The notes under the pieces: generated by a model
The model's database searches: none
What the model was told of the DNA's origin: nothing
Seen by the model: the letters and a program-made list of their open reading frames with translations, nothing else
NCBI GenBank assembly: GCA_964607485.1
Contig: CAZSKP010000004.1
Location: forward strand, 1 to 64,000
Direction of reading: 5' to 3'
Origin: an uncultured bacterium
GTDB taxonomy: Bacteria; Abyssobacteria; SURF-5
Length of the DNA stretch: 64,000 nucleotides
Translations under genes and position numbers: made by a program
Shown: positions 57,551 through 64,000 of the stretch, piece after piece
Layout of the letters: every line of letters begins with the position of its first letter
Position numbering within the stretch: the first letter of the stretch is position 1

Positions 57551-59109
57551 AGGACAAGATTCAGATATCGGATAAAGGCATTGATATCCGGGAAGCTCAG
57601 GTCGGCATTCGGGCTGCAGATGTGTTTCTCATCAAAAAGGATGCACACCCAGCCGCATCCCGCCTCCCGACACGCGATGATGTCGTAAAGAGAATCCCCC
57701 ACGCACAGGGTCTTCTCCCTCGGAAAGTTCAGCCGCCTGACGGCCTCCGCCACAGGCGCGCCCGACGGTTTGTAGAGACCCGAGTCGCGCGTGACCACAA
57801 CATCGAAGCGAAGCCCGAACTTCTCCATAAGGTAAGAGACATTGCGATCTGAGTTATTTGTGACCAGCGCGGTCTTGATCCCTTGGCGTCTAAGGAGGCT
57901 GAGTAGATCCGAGGCAGCGGGCTTGGCCTTCGCAGTCTGAGTTGCTTTTTGTTCGAACTCATGCAGCCGTTGCCACTTCTCCTTCTGCTCCTCGCCTTTC
58001 AGATTGTCCAGGTGCTCGAGGATGGATGCACCGCTCACGCCGAGCGCGGACCTGATGGCCTGCCAGTCATAGTTGGAATCGATCAAGGTGCCGTCCATGT
58101 CGAAGACGCAGGCTTCCAAGCCTTCAAGCAGCCAGACCTTCAGTATCTCGTCTCTCTCGTACCGCGGCAGTGTTGAGGAGGGTTCATCTTCGGCGCACTT
58201 GACCTGACCTATCCATGAAAAGGGGATGCCACGCTCGGCGAGCGCTGCCTCCAGCGCTTCTTTTCCCTCCTCTGCACACCCGACTAACAGGCTTCCGGAG
58301 CCGATAAGTCCGAACGGCTCTATGCCGAAATCGGAGCACAGAGTCTTCGTTGCGGGCAGGATCGGCACTCGGCCGGGTTCCACTCGAATGTGCAGACCCG
58401 AGGCCACCGCCATCTCGTATAACGCCTCGCCGACACCTCCCTCGGTCACGTCGTGCAAGGCGCTCACCTGAGGGCAGGCCGCGGCTATGGTGGCGTCGGC
58501 GACCACGCTGAGCCAGTCTTTTCCGAAAACATCCTCGGCCTCGCGAAACACGTGCGGGCCATGAAATTCATGCAGGCGCTCGGCGAAGTCGTTGAGAAGA
58601 ATCGAGGTTCCCTCCATCCCGGCCCACTTTGTCATACCGACGATGTCTCCCTCGCGGAGACCGCCGCTGGTTATCGGGCGTGTCGTCACCTTGCCAAGCA
58701 TGGTGCCCGCGATTATGGTATGCGGCAGTCCGGGAGCCACCTCGGTATGCCCCCCGATGAGCGCGATGCCGAGGTCTTCGCAAGAGCTGCGTATTTCGCG
58801 CAACAGGGAACTGACGGACTCATCGTCTGCCTGGTCGGGAGAGACGAGCACTACCGCAGTGTAATAGAGGGGGGTTGCGCCGCGCACGGCGACGTCGTTG
58901 GCGTTGACGATAACCGAGAGCCTGCCTCCTTGTGTGGATGTGAACGTGATCGGGTCCGAGGCCACCGCCCATATCTCGCCGCCAATCTTCACGAGGGCCG
59001 CGTCCTCGCCACAGGCGGGACCGAGGAGAACCTCGGGCGGCAGCGCTTCGCGGATGTGTTGCGCAATGTGGTCCCATGGAATTTTGCCCGGCGGAAACTT
59101 TCTCATCAC
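57547..59109 (-). CDS. AIR-synthase (PurM/HypE/ThiL)-like domain fused to HAD-family phosphatase
   Basis: GEDAA, SDPIT, NANDVA..GA.P, GGHTE, HDVTEGG; then FDMDGTL, VTN, KP, GDSLYD. Confidence 0.88.
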   Translation of the reverse strand: MMRKFPPGKIPWDHIAQHIREALPPEVLLGPACGEDAALVKIGGEIWAVASDPITFTSTQGGRLSVIVNANDVAVRGATPLYYTAVVLVSPDQADDESVSSLLREIRSSCEDLGIALIGGHTEVAPGLPHTIIAGTMLGKVTTRPITSGGLREGDIVGMTKWAGMEGTSILLNDFAERLHEFHGPHVFREAEDVFGKDWLSVVADATIAAACPQVSALHDVTEGGVGEALYEMAVASGLHIRVEPGRVPILPATKTLCSDFGIEPFGLIGSGSLLVGCAEEGKEALEAALAERGIPFSWIGQVKCAEDEPSSTLPRYERDEILKVWLLEGLEACVFDMDGTLIDSNYDWQAIRSALGVSGASILEHLDNLKGEEQKEKWQRLHEFEQKATQTAKAKPAASDLLSLLRRQGIKTALVTNNSDRNVSYLMEKFGLRFDVVVTRDSGLYKPSGAPVAEAVRRLNFPREKTLCVGDSLYDIIACREAGCGWVCILFDEKHICSPNADLSFPDINAFIRYLNLVL

Positions 59110-59297
59110 CTTCAGCCCCTATCGCATTGAGCCAGACTCGTTGCCAGCAGTTCCGAACGCTTCAAAGAGTATATCAGAAAAGAGACAGGAGGTCGCCGGG
59201 TTCGCGCGCTTTTCCATGATAGGAATACGCAGCGAAATATGCTATATTGTGGCAAGATTCTACCTGACTTGGTTGCTTGATTACAGACAGACTCGGC

Positions 59298-60611
59298 ATG
59301 ATGGAGCAGGGACACTCGTCGCCTTCGGTCGAAGAAATGATCTTCGACGAGGACGTTCGAAAGAATTTTCGCTGGAATTTCACCGTCAACCTGCTGTATG
59401 GATTGTTCGGCACGACGGGGTGGCGTCTCATCATGGCGCCCACGTTCGTGCCGGATTATATCTACAAGCTCGGCGGTTCAAATCTCATTGTCGGGATCCT
59501 GCTGTCAGTCGGCGGGCTGTCCCGATTCATCACGCCGCCGCTCATCGCAACCTACGTCGAGGACCAATCCCTGCTCAAGAAGAAAGCTGTCCTCATCGGA
59601 ACGCTCATGCGTTCTCAGGTGTTGCTCATCGCGGTTGCGGGGTTTCTTTTTCCCACTGATCTCAATCTGATATCGTTCTTCATCTTCTTTTCATTATTCA
59701 ATATGTTCCTGGGAATGCAGAACGTCGTGTACAACACCGTCATGGCCAAGGTCATCCCTGTCGAGCGGCGCGGGCGCTTCATAGGACTGCGCGAGTTCGT
59801 AGGGGGAGTCACCGCAGCGCTCGTTGCGCTCGCCGCGGGGTCGCTCATCGAAAACCTGAAATTTCCGCAGGGATATGCCTCCACCTATATGCTTGCCTTT
59901 GTCCTTACCTTCGTGGGGCTTCTGTGTTTTGCACTCTCACGCGAGCCCGCTACCCCGGTTGTTCTCAAGAGACTGCCACTGATTGAGCGCCTTCGTTCAA
60001 TGCCGTCGCAGATCAGGGAAGACAGAAGTTTCGCCAACTACTGCTTGTGCCGCGCAATCGGTTCTCTGGCCCTCATGTCGAACCCATTCCTGATTCTCTA
60101 CGCGGGCACCAGGATGTCGATATCGGGCCATCAGCTCGGCCAGCTCACCTTCTGCTATTTCATTGCCCAGACATCCATTAACCTCTACATGGGACGAATC
60201 GCCGATACGAGTGGTTTCAGGAAAGTATTCATAATTTCGGTGGCGATTTGGACGGTAGCGTTGCTGGCGCTGGTGTTGATTCCCGCATCGTATGCCCTCG
60301 CTGTCATCGTCTTCCTCATGCTTGGCGCCGGTGTCGGGGGATTCAATATGTCCATGTCCAATATGGTGCTCGAGTTTGGCGATACCGCCGGGATGCCGAT
60401 GCGCCTTGGCATTGTCAATTCGATCGGCGAAATGGCGACTTCCGTCGGCCCCCTCGTCGCCGGTCTGTTGGCCGACCACGTCTCATATGCCTCGGTGTTT
60501 CTCATCTCAAGCGTGTGTACTGTCTCGACCCTGGGTATTATGTATTTTCGCGTCACCGAGCCGAGATATCGCTACGACGAGGGACCCGACACGAGGACCC
60601 CACCCGGCTAG
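59298..60611 (+). CDS. MFS transporter
   Basis: About 12 hydrophobic segments, KVIP.ERRGRF.G, G.IAD..G.RK. Confidence 0.88.
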   Translation: MMEQGHSSPSVEEMIFDEDVRKNFRWNFTVNLLYGLFGTTGWRLIMAPTFVPDYIYKLGGSNLIVGILLSVGGLSRFITPPLIATYVEDQSLLKKKAVLIGTLMRSQVLLIAVAGFLFPTDLNLISFFIFFSLFNMFLGMQNVVYNTVMAKVIPVERRGRFIGLREFVGGVTAALVALAAGSLIENLKFPQGYASTYMLAFVLTFVGLLCFALSREPATPVVLKRLPLIERLRSMPSQIREDRSFANYCLCRAIGSLALMSNPFLILYAGTRMSISGHQLGQLTFCYFIAQTSINLYMGRIADTSGFRKVFIISVAIWTVALLALVLIPASYALAVIVFLMLGAGVGGFNMSMSNMVLEFGDTAGMPMRLGIVNSIGEMATSVGPLVAGLLADHVSYASVFLISSVCTVSTLGIMYFRVTEPRYRYDEGPDTRTPPG

Positions 60612-60812
60612 AGGTCTCGCCATCCGTCCGGATGCACGACACAATGGAATTTGAGAGATTGTTCGAACCGCCCGAAACCTGAACATCTCGTCGTTTTTCT
60701 GTTATACTCTTAATCGTTGCTCCCGGAATTGCCCTTTCAAGCATTGAGAATGGTTCTTACAGTTCTTCCAAATTGATAGTTGACGCATATACAATTGAGG
60801 GAGGAAATACGC

Positions 60813-61601
60813 ATGGGATTCGTGAAATCGCTTGAAGAAATCATGGCGGCGTATCATGAGAAGGCGGAATTTTATGATGCCGAGATGCTGACCGTCGCAT
60901 GGGAAACAAAGCCGGAGATCGTCGAACGGCTGTTGCCGCCGCCACTGAAGCCGACGGAAAGGCCGCTCGCGCTCGCCTTTGTCGCAAACTATCCACGCAC
61001 GAATTTCAACGTAACATATCTGGAGGGTGCATTATTCCTGATGGCCGAGTACGACGGTGTCCCCGGCGCGTACTGTCTCGCGATGCCGGTGACGAACGAT
61101 ATAGCCATGGCGGGAGGACGCGAGGTCTTCGGTTATCCCAAGAAGATGGCGGTCATCGAGCTGAAGCGGGACGGTGATGACGTCGAGGGATGGGTCGAGC
61201 GGCGCGGCATACGCTTTTTCGAGGTGCGCGCGAAGCTTACCGGCAAGTTCAACACCGAGGACGCCGCGGAAATCCTGTCGGGCATAACCAATCCGGGCGC
61301 CGATTCAGTCGCCGTTTCCTACAACTTCAAGCATTTTCCTGCGCCCGAAGGCGGAGTATTCGACTACAATCCACGGCTCGTCCGCGAGGAAGTGGAACTC
61401 TCGCCGACATCGGCCGAGATGGGTGAGGCCGAGGTAATCATGAAACCGTCGGATTATGACCCTTGGTCGGAAGTCGAGATTGTCAGGCTGTTGGGCTCGA
61501 TCTATACCGTGGGCAATAACACGATGCGCAGGGGAAAGGTCGTTGCCGAGGCCGACCCCGCCGCCTTCGCGCCCTATGCGTTCCTGAAATGGGATGTGTA
61601 G
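60813..61601 (+). CDS. Acetoacetate decarboxylase family protein
   Basis: LLPPPL.P, Y.E, GRE..GYPKK (Schiff-base Lys); GGAGG RBS. Confidence 0.88.
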   Translation: MGFVKSLEEIMAAYHEKAEFYDAEMLTVAWETKPEIVERLLPPPLKPTERPLALAFVANYPRTNFNVTYLEGALFLMAEYDGVPGAYCLAMPVTNDIAMAGGREVFGYPKKMAVIELKRDGDDVEGWVERRGIRFFEVRAKLTGKFNTEDAAEILSGITNPGADSVAVSYNFKHFPAPEGGVFDYNPRLVREEVELSPTSAEMGEAEVIMKPSDYDPWSEVEIVRLLGSIYTVGNNTMRRGKVVAEADPAAFAPYAFLKWDV

Positions 61602-62162
61602 GGGGTTTTTTGCTGACAAGTGGCGCGAGTGATGTCGATTCAGGGACGCGCCCGCCGCCTTATCTCGGATCACGCGGACGCGATAGGCGCCGGAATAACA
61701 TCATTCTGAAGCGCCAAACCGACAAGGTTTTCCGCATCCGACCTTTCAAATACCGCTCCCCGTTGGTCGTGAGCTCGTCTTCGAAGCTCCATTCTCTGGA
61801 AGCACGCTTTTCTTCTGTCTGCCACGCGCTTCGGTCAAGACGCTGGCCCATCAGAAGGCGTTCTAGTAAGCAGAAGGATCCTGCAGCAGTGACTGGAGAG
61901 GGGAGCATGGAATCCAGAACCGATTTTCGCTTTCAAATTGCCCGACTTCTCGACCTCAAGACTAAAGCAATAGAATCCTTCCTAGTAAGTTCATTGCGCC
62001 TGTTCCCAATCCCGCATTGTGAAAAACCGCCTGCTTTTTGATATACTGGATTTCCCGAGACACCAAAAAGTACCTGCACTGGACAGGTATCCTCACAAGC
62101 GATTCAAAGACGGGTCTTCATGGATATCGAGCTGACCGGTGCCCACAATAAAGGAGACCTCA

Positions 62163-63827
62163 ATGTACGACAAAGAGGATATCGACAAACTTCGCAAAGC
62201 GAGGGAGAAATGGGAGAAGGGACCCCTTCAATTTGTGCTTGATAAATGGGCGGAGCGACAGGAAAAATTCGAGACTATTTCGGGCAGAAACATCAACCGC
62301 ATATACACGCCGCTTGATGTGGCCGAGAAGGATTATGTTGAAGAAATAGGCTTTCCGGGAGAATACCCGTTCACAAGGGGCGTCGTGCCGACCGGCTATC
62401 GAGGGAAGTTGTGGACCCGAAGGCAGGTGTCCGGGTTTGCCACTCCGGAAGAGACCAACAAACGCCTCAAGTTCCTCCAAGCCGAGGGACAAACGGGCAT
62501 CAATATAGTCTTCGACTCGCCCACTCACTATCACTATGATTCCGATAATCCCCTCTCCGAAGGCGAAGTCGGCAGAGACGGGGTCCCCGTCGATACGCTC
62601 AGAGATGTCGAGGTCATCTTCGATGGAATCGACATCGAAGCCACTTCCACTTCCATCATAACCTCGGGTGCGGCGGTGTTGTCGATGTATCTCGCAATGG
62701 CTGAGAAGAGGGGCGTGCCGTTTGATCGCCTTCGGGGAACCCTGCAGAACGATATGATATCTCAATTCTATACGGCAAATCCCAAGCGTATGGACCTCCC
62801 GTCAATTTTCCCGATATCGGTGGACGTCATCGAATATTGCGTCAGGAACATTCCGCGCTGGAATCCCGTCAGTTTTATCGGATACCAGATTCGGGAAATG
62901 GGGTCGACCGCGGCCCAGGAGATCGCCTTCACCCTGGGAAGCGCTGTCGAGTACGCGAACGCGCTTGTGGAAAGGGGTCTCGATGCGGATGACTTCGCTC
63001 CCCGTTTCTCATTCTTCTTCAGCGCGCACAATGATTTCTTTGAGGAGATAGCCAAGTACAGGGCCGCAAGGCGGCTCTGGGCCCGCCTCATGCGTGAGCG
63101 GTTCCGCGCAAAGAATCCGTTGAGCTGGCTCCTTCGTTACCATGTTCAGACAGCGGGCTCGTCGCTGACTGCGCAACAACCTATTAACAATGTTGTACGT
63201 ACCACGATACAGGCTTTGGCGGCCGTTCTGGGAGGGACGCATTCCCTGCACACCAACTCGATGGATGAGGCCTACGCTCTTCCCTCCGAGGCAGCGGTGC
63301 GAACCGCGCTCCGAACCCAGCAGATCATCGCTCACGAGAGCGGTGTAACGAATACGGTGGACCCATTGGGCGGCTCGTTTTTCATCGAGAAGCTCACCGA
63401 CGACCTCGAGGAAGAGGCCAGGGAGATAATGGCCGCGGCCGATGCGCAGGGAGGCATGGTACAGGCCACAGCGAAGGGATGGGTTCAAAGACAGATACAC
63501 GAGGAAGCCTACAAATACAACAGGGACATCGAGGAGGGGAAACGCCTCATTGTCGGGGTGAACTGCTTCAAGACCGAAGAAGACGAATTGCCCATAGAGG
63601 TGCTCAAGATCGACGGTTCGTTTGAGGAACTTCAGAAAAAGAATCTTGCCAAGGTGCGAGAGAGCCGGGACAATCGCGAGGTGAAAGAAACACTGGAGCG
63701 ATTATGCGAGGCCGTGGGGTCGGGACAAAACGTCATGCCTCCATCCATCAAGGCATCCGCCGCATACGCCACGATCGAGGAAATGATGAACGCATGCAGG
63801 CAGGGAATGAGCAGCAGATGCGAATAA
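62163..63827 (+). CDS. B12-dependent acyl-CoA mutase, substrate-binding (large) subunit; non-canonical specificity residues
   Basis: PG.YPFTRG, GEVGR.GV, GTLQND, F.PR.SFFF, FFEEIAK.RAAR, LGGT.SLHTN..DEA, DPLGGS; AAGGAG RBS before 62163. Confidence 0.93.
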   Translation: MYDKEDIDKLRKAREKWEKGPLQFVLDKWAERQEKFETISGRNINRIYTPLDVAEKDYVEEIGFPGEYPFTRGVVPTGYRGKLWTRRQVSGFATPEETNKRLKFLQAEGQTGINIVFDSPTHYHYDSDNPLSEGEVGRDGVPVDTLRDVEVIFDGIDIEATSTSIITSGAAVLSMYLAMAEKRGVPFDRLRGTLQNDMISQFYTANPKRMDLPSIFPISVDVIEYCVRNIPRWNPVSFIGYQIREMGSTAAQEIAFTLGSAVEYANALVERGLDADDFAPRFSFFFSAHNDFFEEIAKYRAARRLWARLMRERFRAKNPLSWLLRYHVQTAGSSLTAQQPINNVVRTTIQALAAVLGGTHSLHTNSMDEAYALPSEAAVRTALRTQQIIAHESGVTNTVDPLGGSFFIEKLTDDLEEEAREIMAAADAQGGMVQATAKGWVQRQIHEEAYKYNRDIEEGKRLIVGVNCFKTEEDELPIEVLKIDGSFEELQKKNLAKVRESRDNREVKETLERLCEAVGSGQNVMPPSIKASAAYATIEEMMNACRQGMSSRCE

Positions 63828-63861
63828 GAGAATTCGAACCGGCACCTGTCAGAAGTGAGAA

Positions 63862-64000
63862 ATGGGAGACGAAGGAAAACAGATAAGAGTACTGCTGGCT
63901 AAGCCGGGACTCGATGGTCATGACAGGGGCGTTCGTCTGGTGGCGCGCGCACTGAGAGATGCGGGAGTCGAGACAATTTTCCTCGGGCTTCAGGTAACTG
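63862..64000 (+). CDS. Cobalamin-binding small subunit of the mutase (partial)
   Basis: [23 protein letters not shown]... contains DxHxxG; runs off window. Confidence 0.92.
   Translation, partial: MGDEGKQIRVLLAKPGLDGHDRGVRLVARALRDAGVETIFLGLQVT

Noticed and set aside
61602-62160. Possible cobalamin riboswitch or small genes upstream of the mutase
   Set aside because: No B12-box or GGGAA..GGTG core seen; short ORFs lack RBS and motifs. Only an extended -10 (TGaTATACT near 62040) is visible.
62163-63827. Calling the mutase methylmalonyl-CoA mutase, and the CT genes pccB
   Set aside because: Substrate-determining residues differ from the canonical enzymes, so gene symbols were withheld.

Overview
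GC-rich bacterial chromosome segment, probably from an anaerobic diderm (inference: Wza lipoprotein, AdhE, Fe-S/B12 enzymes). No rRNA, tRNA, CRISPR array or transposase was recognised. (1) 1-20.1 kb is a Wzx/Wzy surface-polysaccharide locus: flippase, polymerase/ligase, Wzc-like and Wza proteins, GT2, GT4, a PKD-glycoside hydrolase and a serine hydrolase. It carries unusual tailoring genes: three alkaline-phosphatase-superfamily paralogues, an LpxL-like acyltransferase and an HpnJ-like radical SAM enzyme. (2) 20.5-27.1 kb holds a Tm-1-like/TIM-barrel pair, DUF362, a flavin oxidoreductase and a Tat sulfatase. (3) 27.1-39.7 kb is an apparent 12-gene operon. It joins a biotin-dependent acyl-CoA carboxylase module, whose two carboxyltransferases are reciprocally degenerate, to MshA-, MshB- and MshD-like genes with no MshC. 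This is the best candidate for an undescribed system. (4) 39.9-64 kb contains assorted catabolic genes: ThDP enzyme, SDR, TetR, second flavin oxidoreductase, adhE+STAS, two saccharopine-dehydrogenase-like proteins, FGGY kinase, M20, GH4, a PurM-like/HAD fusion, MFS and acetoacetate decarboxylase. It ends in a split B12-dependent acyl-CoA mutase with a non-canonical active site. All calls come from motif recognition by eye; no searches were run.
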